A stretch of 64,000 bases of DNA, taken from contig OZ024765.1 in assembly GCA_964016885.1 (NCBI GenBank), positions 15,996,001 to 16,060,000 on the forward strand. Reading direction: 5' to 3'. A program made the position numbers and the translations under genes. This DNA is from Eledone cirrhosa. Taxonomy: Eukaryota. Under the pieces are notes generated by a model that saw nothing but the letters and a program-made list of their open reading frames with translations, was not told where the DNA came from and did no database searches. Shown here piece by piece: positions 1 to 15,127 of this stretch (position 1 is its first letter; every line of letters begins with the position of its first letter).

Positions 1-640
1 GTTGCTGTTGTTGTCGCTGGTAGTAATGGTATTGGTAGTGGTCGGCAGTGGTACTGTTGTGGTTGTTGTTGTTGTTGGTTGGTGGCGGTGATGGAAGTGT
101 TGGTGTTGATAGTTGTTTGTGATTGTTGTGTTGTTGTCGTTGTTGGTGGTGGTGGTGTTGATGGTTGTGGCGGTAGTGGTGGTGGTTGTAGTGTTGGGAG
201 TGGTGGCAATGGTACTGTTGGTCCTGATGGTATTGCTAATGGTTGTAGTGATGATGGCAGTTGTAGTGGTAGTGCTTCTGTTGGTGGTATTGCTACTAGT
301 CTTGATGGTATTGTTCGGGATATTGGTAGTGTTTGTGTTGTTGTTAGTGGTAGTGCTGGTAGTGGTAGTAGTGGTACTGCAGATGTCGATGGTATTGATG
401 GTGGTTGACGGGATGGTGGTAGGGATAGTGGCAGTGATGTTGTTGTTGGTGACGTTATTGGTGCTGTTGGTGGCACTTCTGCTGGCCCTGATGGTATTGT
501 CTGTGATAATGGTAGTGTTTGTGTTGTTGTTAGTGGTAGTGTAGTAGTGGTAGTAGTGGTACTGCATATGTTGATGGTATTGCTGGTGGTTGGCGGGATG
601 GTGGTAGTGATGTTGTTGTTGGTGCTGTTGTTGGTGACGT
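1..640. repeat. Degenerate (GGT/GTT/GAT)n low-complexity tract
   Basis: Trinucleotide-like G/T-rich sequence; its ORFs are poly-V/L/G. Confidence 0.85.
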
Positions 641-649
641 GATTGGTGC

Positions 650-1640
650 TGTTGGTGGTGGTGTCGGTGGTGGTGGAACTGGCTGGTGTGTTGTTTTTGC
701 TCTTGTTTGTGATATTGGTGGTGGTGGTGGTGGTGGAACTGGCTGTTGTGTTGTTTTTGCTCTTGTTTGTGATATTGGTGGTGGTGGTGTCGGTGGTGGT
801 GGTGGTGGTGGAACTGGCTGGTGTGTTGTTTTTGCTCTTGTTTGTGATATTGGTGGTGGTGGTGTCGGTGGTGGTGGTGGTGGTGGAACTGGCTGGTGTG
901 TTGTTTTTGCTCTTGTTTGTGATATTGGTGCTGGTGGTGTCGGTGGTGGTGGTGGTGGTGGAACTGGCTGGTGTGTTGTTTTTGCTCTTGTTTGTGATAT
1001 TGGTGTTGGTGGTGGTGGTGTCGGTGGTGGTGGTGGTGGTGGAACTGGCTGGTGTGTTGTTTTTGCTCTTGTTTGTGATATTGGTGGTGGTGGTGTCGGT
1101 GGTGGTGGTGGTGGTGGAACTGGCTGGTGTGTTGTTTTTGCTCTTGTTTGTGATATTGGTGGTGGTGGTGTCGGTGGTGGTGGTGGTGGAACTGGCTGGT
1201 GTGTTGTTTTTGCTCTTGTTTGTGATATTGGTGGTGGTGGTGTCGGTGGTGGTGGTGGTGGTGGAACTGGCTGGTGTGTTGTTTTTGCTCTTGTTTGTGA
1301 TATTGGTGCTGGTGGTGTCGGTGGTGGTGGTGGTGGTGGAACTGGCTGGTGTGTTGTTTTTGCTCTTGTTTGTGATATTGGTGTTGGTGGTGGTGGTGTC
1401 GGTGGTGGTGGTGGTGGTGGAACTGGCTGGTGTGTTGTTTTTGCTCTTGTTTGTGATATTGGTGGTGGTGGTGTCGGTGGTGGTGGTGGTGGTGGAACTG
1501 GCTGGTGTGTTGTTTTTGCTCTTGTTTGTGATATTGGTGGTGGTGGTGTCGGTGGTGGTGGTGGTGGAACTGGCTGGTGTGTTGTTTTTGCTCTTGTTTG
1601 TGATATTGGTGTTGGTGGTGGTGGTGGTGGTGCTGGTGTT
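650..1640. repeat. Minisatellite, ~72-81 bp unit, about 13 copies
   Basis: Unit GGAACTGGCTGGTGTGTTGTTTTTGCTCTTGTTTGTGATATT followed by variable (GGT)n recurs from ~676 to ~1567. Confidence 0.95.
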
Positions 1641-1719
1641 GGTGGTATTGCTGCTACTGGTAGTCGTGCTTACGCTGGTTTCTGGTGGTATTTGTAGTGC
1701 ACCATCTGCTGTAGTAGCT

Positions 1720-2410
1720 GGTCGTGGCGTGGTGGTGATGATGGCGGAGGCGACGAGGGTTGAGGATGGTGGCGGAGACGATAACGGAGGGAGGGTATGA
1801 TGGTGGTGGTGGTGGTGGTGACGACAGTTGTGAGGATGGTGCTTGTGTTGATGGAGAAGCTGTTGGTGAGGACCGGGGATGGGGGGGGAGGGTGAAAGTG
1901 ATAGCGGCGGTGGTGACGAAGGTTGAAGAAAGATGGTGGCGGAGTCGATAATGGAGGGTGGGTATGATGGTGGTAGTGGTAACCATAGCAGTGAGGCTGG
2001 TGTTTGTATTGATGATGAAGGTGTTGATGACGATGTTGGTGATGAAGATGGCGGTGACTTTGGCGAAGGCGGTGGTGGTGATGGTGACAGGGCGGTGGGG
2101 ACGACGACGATGGTGGAGGTGACGATGGTTGAAGATGGTGGCGGAGACGATAATGGGGAGCGGGTATGATGGTGGTAGTGGTGACAATAGTAGTGAGGGT
2201 GGTGACAAGGATGGTGGCCATTACGGTGACGATGGCGACTTGGTGAGGGCGATGGCGATGAGGGCGGTGGTGAGGATGGTGGAGGTGACGAAGGTTGAAG
2301 CTGCTGGAGGGGTGGTATGATGGTGTTACTGGTGACACTGATGGTGACTTTGGCGCAGACAGTGGTACTGGTGGTGACCACGATGTGGCTGGTGACGATG
2401 GTGATGACGA
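1720..2410. repeat. Degenerate GGT/GAT/GAC-rich repeat with internal duplications
   Basis: Variants of GGTTGAAGATGGTGGCGGAGACGATAA recur at ~1758, ~1921 and ~2127. Confidence 0.7.
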
Positions 2411-2728
2411 AGCCCGTAGTGGTTGTGCTGATGCTAGCGTCAGCAAGAACTTTCTAAATGCTCCAAGGCCGATTACTCATGTTTGTAAAATAACCAACGG
2501 AGCGGACATGGCGTGATTGACGACAGCCGGTTGGTTGCTTTTCGATTCAGCTTACGTTGCCATTTCTCTGGAGCGACTGCACAGATTCTGAAATAAAAGT
2601 CTAAACATGTAATGCCTCAAAAACTGAAAAGGAATTAGAAGAAAATTCAAAATAATAAAAAATATATATATACACAATCAGTGGGGTGAATATATATATA
2701 TATATATAATAATGATAATAATAATAAA

Positions 2729-2970
2729 TTTGAAGGCTAAAATCCAAAGAGGGCTCGATAAGGATAAATATATATCAAATATATAAGAACCCTATAGCAA
2801 ATATTTATTAAAATAACGGATTAAAGTTTAATCAAATAATCGCTGCCTTCACCCTTAACGGGATCTTCTGAAACTAATCTGTTATTTTAATAAATATTTG
2901 CTCTACGGTTCTTATATATTTGATATATATTTATCCTTATCGAGCCCTCTTTGGATTTTAGTCTTCAAAT
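2729..2970 (-). mobile_element. TA-flanked inverted-repeat element (PLE-derived, family A) with an HHR in the loop
   Basis: Arms 2729-2823 and 2875-2970 are imperfect reverse complements. Related pieces at ~15905-16010, ~19130-19235, ~42915-42990 and ~60915-61060. Confidence 0.75.
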
Positions 2971-3668
2971 ATATTATTATTACTATATATATATATATAA
3001 AATCAGGGGAACGCAAATAAAGAAAACATTTTAAAATAAATTTCAAAAAAATTCACTGTACTTACTATATGTGCCTTTACCGCGGTTTCAGATCCCAAAC
3101 AAATAGATAATCCACACTGGCATACGGTTGGACTATACTTGTATCCCTATGTGTATTATTTACATGTAGGAACACATACTTTTATTAATATATATATATA
3201 CACACACCTCCTTTCTAAGAGAGGGAAACCTTGAAAAAAACGTGCGGCTTCGGAGCACCCGATGATGTGGACCAGTTCTCCTTTTCGGGTAGTGTTTTCG
3301 ATGCTCAGAGAGTGGGATTGGTCGAGTGCAAGGCCTTTCCCCACTTATAAAAAACTTTCAAAACACAAGCATTGCTTCTTCAGGATATGTTACATCTTCG
3401 TGTGGCTGGACGTAAACTAAAAGTCCACCAAACTCTATAATCTGACAGGCGATTGTAATCCTCTCAGTAGATTTGCAGCCATCATATATATATATATATA
3501 AAGTTTATCCCGGGTTCAATCGGAGGTAACCACAGTAAGTAAGATACTCAATACAAAGCAGGATGAAACAGTTCTAGTCCTGTAGAAGCCTTTTCTATAT
3601 TAAATATATATATATATATATAAAATGATATTAAATAAATGGAAACTATATTTATAAAACCATATTTA

Positions 3669-3729
3669 TTTTATTATATATATTTCAACGGCAACCTAGA
3701 CAACATTGGTACGCTTTCATCAGATAAAA
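3669..3729 (-). ncRNA. Type I hammerhead ribozyme motif
   Basis: Minus strand: UUUUAU-CUGAUGA-[AAGCGUACC...GGUUGCCGUU]-GAAA-UAUAUA-UA-AUAAAA. 6-bp helix I, palindromic helix III, AUA triplet, imperfect helix II. Confidence 0.7.
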
Positions 3730-3841
3730 TACAAAGTTTGTTTTATAAATAGAGACATACCCATGAAAATCATACCTTATCACACTTGTTGAGTGCTCTA
3801 AATCAGTTATAAACATATATATATATATTATATATATATAT

Positions 3842-4030
3842 GTTTATCCCGGGTTCAATCAGGGGTAACCACAGTAAGGTACTCAATACATAGCAGAGTA
3901 TAAATATTTACTATAGAAATGGCTTCTACAGGATTAGAACTGTTTCATTCGAGAGAAATCATCAGGCTTCCTGATGATATCTCCCGAATGAAACAGTTCT
4001 AGTCCTGTAGAAGCCATTTCTATATTAAAT
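3842..4030 (+). mobile_element. TA-flanked PLE-derived element (family B) with an internal palindrome
   Basis: Inverted repeat ~3912-4024 centred near 3968. Related copies at ~3503-3605 (+, deleted) and ~14975-15107 (-). Confidence 0.7.
3965..4015 (+). ncRNA. Type I hammerhead ribozyme motif
   Basis: GGCUUC-CUGAUGA-UAUCUCCCGAAU-GAAA-CAG(UUCUAGUC)CUG-UA-GAAGCC. Perfect 6-bp helix I, 4-bp helix III, GUA triplet. Helix II is mutated here but intact (UUC/GAA) in the opposite arm. Confidence 0.75.
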
Positions 4031-4134
4031 ATATATAAATATTCTATTTTCTTTTAAACAATTCAACTAAACCCGTTCTAAAATATCTGTCGTATCCTTC
4101 TGAGATAACGGAGGTAAAAATAAATATAATAATA

Positions 4135-4480
4135 AGTGTTTCGATTTAGGCAAAAGCCCAATAATTTTAGGGGAAGGGAGAGTCTATTAAATCGACCCCA
4201 GTGTATTACTGTTGCTTTATTTTATTTTATCGACCCCGTAAAGATGAAGCGCAAACTCAGATCTTAAAGCGCCTTAACTTTATTATTTCTACATTTGGCA
4301 CAAGGCCAGCAATTATTCCAGTGTATTACTGGTACTTTATTTTATCGACCCCGTAAGGATGGCCACGACACTTTATGTTCGACGTTCTACCAATTCTATC
4401 CTGATTTAGGCACAAGTCCAACAATTTTTGGAGGATGGGATACTATAGTAAATGGACCCCAGTGCATCACTGTTACTTTA
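4135..4480 (-). mobile_element. Fragments of the dominant tRNA-derived SINE (about 3 partial copies)
   Basis: Matches GGCACAAGGCCAGCAATT...CCAGTGTATTACTGGTACTTTATTTTATCGACCCCGTAAGGATG seen in the other copies. Confidence 0.75.
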
Positions 4481-4502
4481 TTAGTAAGTTATTAGGGTGT
4501 AT

Positions 4503-4729
4503 TTAACCCCTTAACATTTACATTACTATATATACACTATTGTATTTTTGTGGTAAAAGCTTTATCTTACGAAATTATCACATAATTTTGAATCTACGAG
4601 ATTTTGATATTATTTATTTTAAGAACAATATCTTAACATCAGTATGAGCGGCCAGTTGCGGCCTGTTTGAACAGAAAGAGGTGAGAGTGTTCTGGTCGGA
4701 TATGGCCGGTTTAAATGCTAAAGGCTTAA
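4503..4729. mobile_element. piggyBac-type non-autonomous DNA transposon (MITE)
   Basis: TTAA at both ends with imperfect terminal inverted repeats TTAACCCCTTAACATTTA / TTAAATGCTAAAGGCTTAA. Confidence 0.6.
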
Positions 4730-4814
4730 TGGACATTTTCTTCCACAAAGTTTGTAAGCCTTGTGTCTAAGTCAGAATATAGAGAGTGTGACAATCAGAC
4801 ATATAAGAATTATC

Positions 4815-5300
4815 GTGTGACTAATTCCGTGGCATGGTAGCTTGCCTTATTGTTAACCTACCTGTGTAGTTGTTTCCAGCTCCTCGTGGAATAGTTGCTA
4901 ATAATATCCCCGAGGATCTTGTCCTTGAGCAAGACACTTTGTACCACACTGTCTTTCTCCATTTATCTGGCATAAATGATTTGTACGCATAATACAAATA
5001 GCCTACGTTGTCATACATTACGTCACATTGGTGTTCTGGCTAAAATTATTTTAAGCCGTCACGTGTTCGTGACAAACCTCCGCCATTTGCATTAATATGA
5101 TATATACTACACTACAAAACAATATGGACGACATCAGCATTTTAGATGTCCTGCCATGTAACACAAAGTCACGATGAATATCCCCGAGGAATTACGTTAA
5201 AGCTGCACAAGATTTTGAAATGATACGATACTTGCACAATCTGATGATGAGTATTCTACCGTACAGGTAGAATAGTCATCGTCGCAAGCTGACGGAGATC
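4815..5300 (+). mobile_element. Degraded CORE-like SINE remnant
   Basis: GTCCTTGAGCAAGACACTTT at 4921 resembles the CORE-SINE motif; the rest is highly diverged. Confidence 0.4.
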
Positions 5301-5480
5301 CAAATCGTATTGTTTACTTCTGTTCAGTTCAGGTGTTTGGAATATGAAAGAATCACCGCAAGATAATAGCGATTTCAGTACCGGGCAATAGGTTACGCTC
5401 CTTCACACCTAGCTCCGAGCTCTGACCTCAACAGTATATAAAAGTGAGTGGGATTCACACGAACCACATGTGTTGGTGTG

Positions 5481-7446
<1,966 letters not shown>

Positions 7447-7940
7447 GTTTTCATTTTGTTCTTAATTGTAAGTTATGATGTAATTAAGGACAAAATGATA
7501 ACACACACGCACATAGAACAAACAACCAACCAGTAACATGCAAATAAACAAATAAATAAACGAATATAAACACCCACAGACACCCGGATGTAACACATGC
7601 CCAAATTAACCACACAACACACACACACAAACAAGATGGCGTAGGACAGAACCAAGGAGAGGCATAACAAACAAAGAAAATAATCCCCAGTCACTGAAGA
7701 GGTCACAGAATGGGTGACGAGAGAACTTTGACAATATATAAACAACCAACTCGTTGTGGAACCAACCAACCAACCGGAAATTTATAAATTCCTAAATTTA
7801 TAAATTTATTATAATAAATTGAAGTGAAACATGCGGTGCGTGTGTTTCTTATTGGCAACATGACCCTCCCAAAGTATAACAATATCGGTTTCAACACACG
7901 TTTTCAGATAAAGAATCTTGCTACACAAATTCAGAAACGA
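7447..7940 (+). mobile_element. TA-flanked HHR-bearing interspersed element (family C)
   Basis: Reverse-complement homologues at ~20645-20845, ~26501-26790 and ~46155-46460, all inside (TA)n. Confidence 0.75.
7690..7732 (+). ncRNA. Type I HHR motif of family C (GAAA mutated to GAGA in this copy)
   Basis: GUCA-CUGAAGA-G-GUCAC(AGAAUGG)GUGAC-GAGA-GAAC-UU-UGAC. Confidence 0.6.
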
Positions 7941-8669
7941 AATATGTATATATGTGTATATATGTATATATATATATATATGTGTATATATGTAAATATA
8001 TATATGTGTATATATGTATATATATATATGTATATATATGTATATATATATATATGTATATATATGTATATATATATATATGTATATATATGTATATATA
8101 TATATATATATATGTGTATATATGTATATATATATATGTGTATATATGTGTATATATGTATATATATATATGTGTATATATGTATATATGTGTATATATG
8201 TAAATATATATGTGTATATATGTATATATATATATGTGTATATATGTATATATATATATATACGTATATATATATATGTATATAAATATGTGTGTATATA
8301 TGTATAATTATTTATATGTATAAGTATATAATGGTATATCGTGCAATGGCCATCCTCGATAACGAGGGGGCATCCATCACATATTTGTTTATATATATAT
8401 GTATATATATGTATATGTATACACATATATATATATATATATATATGTATATAAAAATAAGTATATATATGTATATGTATACATATATATATATATGTAT
8501 ATAAATATATATATATGTATACATATATATATGTATACATGTATATATGTATATGTATGTATATATATGTATGTAAATATATATATAAATGTATATGTAT
8601 ATATATATATAATATATGTATGTATGTATGTAAATATATATTATGTAATTATATATATATATATATTTG

Positions 8670-8767
<98 letters not shown>

Positions 8768-9206
8768 TATATATATACACACACACACACATATACACAC
8801 ACACACCAATATAAAGCAGGCACATGTCAGCCGGGTCAAGTGGAGTAGATGGTGGGGTTTATTTGGGGTTAAACAGCCAAAATACAGAGAAATTGATGAA
8901 TTGTGTCTGAGTATTCTATAGAAATATTCCAATATTCAAAACACACCTAAACTTGGCATCGTAACTACAGATTTATTGGGCAAATTTCGGCGTAGATTTC
9001 TTTAAATATTTTCGTCTTTTTCTCTCGGTTAGGTCTTTCGTTATTGTCTTTTTTTTTTCTTTTTTTTAATCAGAGATTATTATTTTTGTTGTTGTTGAGA
9101 TTGTTTTTGTTATTGTTTTTATAATTTTTATTATTATTTTATATTGTTTAGAAGAGTTAATCTTAGAATAAATGTTATACCTGCATGCACACATACATAC
9201 ACACAC

Positions 9207-9276
<70 letters not shown>

Positions 9277-9289
9277 GTGTGTGTGTGTG

Positions 9290-9321
<32 letters not shown>

Positions 9322-9490
9322 CTTAAATACAATATACATATGTCTATGTATATACACATATATATACATATATATATATATACCCATATTATATATATAC
9401 ATATATATATGTAAAACTGTGCACCAATTATATATATACATATATATTTGTAAATATATACACAATTTTTTATATATATATACATATATT

Positions 9491-9558
<68 letters not shown>

Positions 9559-9562
9559 AATA

Positions 9563-9596
<34 letters not shown>

Positions 9597-9607
9597 AAAT
9601 ACATATG

Positions 9608-9638
<31 letters not shown>

Positions 9639-9726
9639 CTAAATACATATGTATATAAATATATATATATATCTATCTAAATACATATGTATATAAATAT
9701 ATATATATATATATATTTATAAATAA

Positions 9727-9777
<51 letters not shown>

Positions 9778-9795
9778 TATATATAAATATATATT
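7941..9795. repeat. (TA)n-rich microsatellite tracts interrupted by short unique islands
   Basis: Direct reading. Confidence 0.85.
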
Positions 9796-9954
9796 GGAAT
9801 AAATGCTCTGAAATAGCGATATATATGTGAATATAGACATAGAATATTCGAAAATATTCTGTATGTTTATAATAAACATTTTGAAGACCTAATCGCTATA
9901 GAATAGAATACGTCACGTATTACAATTAGATTCTCGATAAAAGCAAGGGAAGTA

Positions 9955-9993
9955 AGTCTACGCGTTTCATTCTTGTTAGAATTCATCAGGACT
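9955..9993 (-). ncRNA. Minimal type I hammerhead ribozyme (mirror copy)
   Basis: Reverse complement of 10052-10090. Confidence 0.85.
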
Positions 9994-10051
9994 ACATATC
10001 CAGTGCTTTTATCGATAGCTGTGTCATTCTCGATAAAAGCACTGGATATGT

Positions 10052-10090
10052 AGTCCTGATGAATTCTAACAAGAATGAAACGCGTAGACT
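10052..10090 (+). ncRNA. Minimal type I hammerhead ribozyme, canonical core
   Basis: AGUC-CUGAUGA-AUUCU(AACA)AGAAU-GAAA-CGCG-UA-GACU. Palindromic ACGCGU helix III; predicted cleavage after 10086. Confidence 0.88.
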
Positions 10091-10214
10091 TACTTCCCTT
10101 GCTTTTATCGAGAATCTAATTGTAATACGTGACGTATTCTATTCTATAGCGATTAGGTCTTCAAAATGTTTATTATAAACATACAGAATATTTTCGAATA
10201 TTCTATGTCTATAT

Positions 10215-10832
<618 letters not shown>

Positions 10833-11134
10833 CATACACAGGCCGTAGTTATAAATAAGTCCATAGTTAGCTCTATATACGTGACCGTGTGACTCTCACA
10901 ACCAAGTTTTCTGTACGATAGAAATAAATGTGATATATATCATATCTCATATTTTCTTCAGTATGTTGTGGGAGGCGAGTATTTTATTTTCATGCTATTA
11001 AAATATTTCTATTGTCCCTCTATACTTATATTTCAATGTGTATTTCCATATTTCTTCACCTATTGTTTAATTGTTTTTTTTTCATTTTTCGTTGGTAAAC
11101 AGAATCAAATTAATGTGTTATAATAATAATAATT

Positions 11135-11660
11135 TTTTCTACTTTTGGCACACGGCCACAAATACCGCCATTGCATAACTGGTACTTTATTTTATCTACC
11201 GACGCCCCGTAAGGATGAAAGGCAAAGTTAACCTCGTCGGGATTTGAATTCAGAATGGCAAGGGCCGTAACTCTATGCGTCAAAGCATGGCGTCCGACCC
11301 TCTACCGACACTGCCAAATAATAATAATAATAATTGTTTCTACTTTTGGTACAAGGCCAGCATTTATCCCAGTGTATTACTGGTACTTTATTTTATCGAC
11401 CGACGCCCCGTAAGGATGAAAGGCAAAATTAACCTCGGTGGGATTTGAACTCATAATGGCAAGGGCCGTAACTCTATGCGTTAAAGCATGGCGTCCGATC
11501 CTATACCGATACTTCCAAATAATAATAATTGTTTCTACTGTTGGTACAAGGCCAGCAATTAAACCCAGTGCATTACTGGTACTTTGTTTTATCGACCCCC
11601 GTAAGGATAAAAGGCAAATTTAATCTCGGTGGGATTTGAACTAGGAACTATGCCACAAAG
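11135..11660 (-). mobile_element. Tandem array of 3 copies of the tRNA-derived SINE
   Basis: Each copy has a B-box-like GAGTTCAAATCCC on the minus strand, the central GCCTTTCATCCTTACGGGG(...)TCGATAAAATAAAGTACCAG domain and (AAT)n flanks. Confidence 0.85.
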
Positions 11661-12072
11661 CATATTGTCCAATATTGCCAATACACCGACCACAAGGGTC
11701 GACATGTAGGGGACAATACAAAACATAGGGGCAGTGGGGTGTTTAGAAAAACATCGAGACAAACATTATAAAAAAAACAATATCAATCAACAGTAAAATT
11801 ATAACCATACAAATTCCCCCAGGTGGGGCATAAAGGCTCAGGGATTTCTCAAGAACCCCACCAATCCTGAGACACCTATCATCATTTATAACTTTAACAA
11901 AGACTGTTAATTTGGGGAAGAACAGAATTATTATACCACAGGGTCACTTTCTTGTTAAATAAAAAAAAAAAAAACAATGTTGTTTCTGCTCGAGATCAAG
12001 CGAGAGTGCATTTCAATACATATAAAAATATGAAACCTCAGCTCCAGAACAGTCGTGAAAGCTGCTATATTC

Positions 12073-12900
12073 TGTCAAATAGGCGATGGGCAAAAAGGCC
12101 TCATTTTGAGGCACTTTTGTCCATCAATGTCTTTGACAGCATTTAGCTGTTTTAACCGCTGCTTTAGCGATGAGTTTTCTCAATTTTATTTGAGGTATTT
12201 GTTCACCATGTCATTTTTACCCATCAATTCTCTGACAGCATTTAGCAAATTTAAAGGCTATTCTAGCGATGAGTTTTCTCCTTTTTATAAGAGGTCTTTT
12301 TCCTCTGACACCTTTGTCCATCAGTCTTTGAAAGCATTTAGCTGTTTTAACCGCTGCTTTAGCGATGAGTTTTCTCAATTTTATTTGAGGTATATGTTCA
12401 CTGAGTCATTTTTACCCATCAATTCTCTGACAGCATTTAGCAAATTTAAAGGCTGTTCTAGCGATGAGTTTTCTCCTTTTTATAAGAGGTCTTTTTCCTC
12501 TGACACGTTTGTCCATCAGTCTTTGAAAGCATTTCGCTGTTTTAACGGTTAATCTAGCGATGAGTTTTCTCATTTTTATATGAATAACAATAAATGCGTG
12601 CTACAGTGCTGAGACATGTTTGGCCATCACTGTTTTGACAGCATTTAGCTGTTTTAACGGCTGTCCTAGCGATGAGTTTTCGCATTTTTATATGAGGTAT
12701 CTGCCTTCTGACGGACGTTTGCCCATCACCGTCTTCGACAGCATTTAGCTGTTTTAACGGCTAATCTAGCGGTGAGTTTTCTAATTTTTATATGAAGTCT
12801 TTGTCCACTGAGGCCTTTTTGCCCATCACCCTCTCTGACAGCATTTAGCTGTTTTAACGTCTGTTCTAGCGATGAAGTTTCGCATTTTTATATGAACACT
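12073..12900. repeat. Satellite, ~96-112 bp monomer, about 8 copies, with a 195-bp dimeric higher-order repeat and an inverted partial unit at the left edge
   Basis: GACAGCATTTAGC-type anchors at 12135, 12234, 12330, 12429, 12525, 12637, 12737, 12837. Confidence 0.85.
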
Positions 12901-13269
12901 AATAAGTATGTATTACATTGTATAAAAGTTCACTGAGTGCTTCATAAGTTTCTGATTTGCAATAGTCTGCGGTCTACGACTTTATATTAGTATTTGAGAA
13001 GATTATTTGGTGTATATTGTCGATATTTCCTTAATACTCTTTTGCACTGTGCAGTACTGGTTTCCATGTTTTATTAAAACTGGCTGCACTTAATATCACA
13101 TTTATTTTCTATTTGAAAAAAAACCCACAAATACAAAAACGATAAATGAAAACATATTTAACGTCTAACATATTATTTTTCTTTGCTTTGGAATATATTT
13201 GTACCATGTAATACCAACTACTGTGTATATAGCCTTGCCAGACTTTGAAGACATTCGCTTCGTAATTAT

Positions 13270-13655
13270 TGGATTGGCAGTATTGGTAGAGGGTCGTACA
13301 CCATGCTTTGACGCATAGAGTTACGACCCTTGCCATTCCCAGTTCAAATCCCGCCGAGGTGAACTTTGCCTTTCATCCTTACGGAGTCGATAAATTAAAG
13401 TACCAGTAATACACTGGGTTAATTGCTAGCCTTGTGCCAAAACTAGAAACAATTATTATTATTATTAGGTGGATTAGCAGTATCGGTAGAAGTCGTACGC
13501 CATGCTTTGACGCATAGAGTTACGGCACTTGCCATTCTGAGTTCAAATCCCGCCGAGGTTAATTTTGCCTTTCATCCTTATGGGGTCGATAAAATAAATT
13601 ACCAGTAATACACTGCGATAATTGTTGACCTTGTGCCAAATGTAGAAACAGTTAT
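13270..13655 (+). mobile_element. Two tandem copies of the tRNA-derived SINE
   Basis: A-box-like TGGCAGTATTGGTAGAG, B-box-like AGTTCAAATCCC, tail CCTTGTGCCAAAA..AGAAACAATTATT. Confidence 0.88.
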
Positions 13656-13929
13656 TAGTTACCTGGTTTGATCCCTCTGTGTGGCGTCTTAGGAAAGTTT
13701 AAAGTCTGTCTCAAACTCCCCGGAGGCTCATCAAGACAGCGATTTACTCAGATACCTCTGTGTAGCGTCTTAAGAAAGTCTAAAGTCTGTCTCAAACCCC
13801 CGGAGGCTCATCAAATCAGCGATTTACTCAGTTTTCGTGGTGTTAAGTCATTGAGAATACAAGATTTCCCCAAAAAAAGGATGTCTCACATTTACAATGT
13901 TAAAATCTGTCTCTATCCCAGTCATTCAT

Positions 13930-14430
13930 CCGGCTGGTAATTATCTCAATACCCGTGGCATTAAGCGACTAAGAATACAATACAAGACTGCCCTCTGGGA
14001 TAGGATGTCAGTCAATCACTGTTAAAGTCCCTTACGAGCCCGGAGAACCATCAGGGTGGTGCTTATGCCGGTTTCAGTGATGTTTAAGCGACTAAGGGCA
14101 TAAGTCCCCCCTCCTCCTCCTCCTAGAAAGGACACCAGTCTCTCGCAGTGTTAAATCTGCCTCGTGCTCGGATGTTCATCAGGCCGATACTTATCCCAGT
14201 TTCCTTGGTATAAGCTACTGAAATCACATAACTCCCCCTTGGACAGGAGGCCAGTCCATCACAGGTTTCAATACTCAGCTATTGCTGTCTCGCCTTTTCA
14301 ATTGAGTACAGTGGAGCAATGGGAAATAAAGTGATTTGCTCAAGAACACAACACAAGACCCACTTCAGGAATCAAAGCCGTCGAGGTTATGATCCCTAGT
14401 CCAACGACCTTACCACTAAGCTACTAGCAA
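13930..14430 (-). mobile_element. Old tRNA-head CORE-like SINE with three tandem V-domain-like segments
   Basis: Minus strand reads TAGCTTAGTGGTAAGG... then GTGTTCTTGAGCAAATCACTTT then TGTGATGGACTGGCCTCCTGTCCAAGGGG; the last segment recurs at ~13950, ~14070 and ~14200. Domain naming is from memory. Confidence 0.5.
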
Positions 14431-14529
14431 CTGACATAATCCATAACCAGGCCTCGACTGAAGAATTTGGTCTGAAATTCTGTAAATAAAATATTTTGGA
14501 AAGCCATCTATTGAATACACATGTTATTA

Positions 14530-14720
14530 GAAAGTGCGTGGCTTAGCGATAAGAGAATTGGATTCCTAATGATAATGTTGTGGGTGATGCATTATGTTCT
14601 TCAGCAAGACACTTTATTTCACGGTGATAATTCTGCCAGGAATTAAGACTAGTAGATAGCATTAGTAATTGGAAAGATCATGTGATAGTACTAAATCCCT
14701 ATAAAAGAAGGTAGATCATA
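14530..14720 (+). mobile_element. Degraded CORE-like SINE fragment
   Basis: GCGTGGCTTAGCG A-box-like start and TGTTCTTCAGCAAGACACTTTATTTCAC. Confidence 0.4.
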
Positions 14721-14751
14721 TACTAAACAGCTATTATTACACACACACAAT

Positions 14752-14796
<45 letters not shown>

Positions 14797-14920
14797 CACG
14801 AATATATATGCATATAAATAAGTATATATATATATGCTTATGTATATGGATATATGTATACATACATACATATATGTATATATCTATACATACATAGATA
14901 CATACATAGATACACACACG

Positions 14921-14960
<40 letters not shown>

Positions 14961-15127
14961 TATATTTATTTGATATAGAAATGGCTTCTATAGGACAAGA
15001 ACTGTTTTATTCGCAGGTAATAATCAGGAAAGCCTCTATCTTAAATATTTATACTCTGCTATGTATTGAGTACCTTACTTACTGTGGTTACCCCCGATTG
15101 AACCCGATATATATATATATATATATA

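Larger units (their letters stand above)
9794..10214. mobile_element. TA-flanked palindromic PLE-derived element (family D), ~185-bp arms, 14-bp spacer
   Basis: 9831-10015 is the reverse complement of 10030-10214; ~37 bp unpaired extension on the left. Confidence 0.85.

Noticed and set aside
79-2516. Long Val/Gly/Leu- or His/Pro/Thr-rich ORFs
   Set aside because: Stop-free frames are produced by trinucleotide and 75-bp repeats, are open in several frames and on both strands, and show no domain.
3072-3125. Minus-strand GAAA-CCGCGG-UA-AAGGCA HHR 3' half
   Set aside because: The palindromic helix III is suggestive, but the core is unrecognisable; too degenerate to call.
5241-5285. CTGATGA followed by a hairpin
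   Set aside because: No GAAA after the stem and no helix I; it lies in an old SINE remnant.
10894-10973. Minus-strand CUGAAGA...GAAA with a CACAAC/GUUGUG helix
   Set aside because: Helices are out of register and helix III is absent; possible decayed HHR but not supportable.
13270-13360. tRNA gene
   Set aside because: A/B-box-like motifs belong to the SINE head, and no full cloverleaf is evident.
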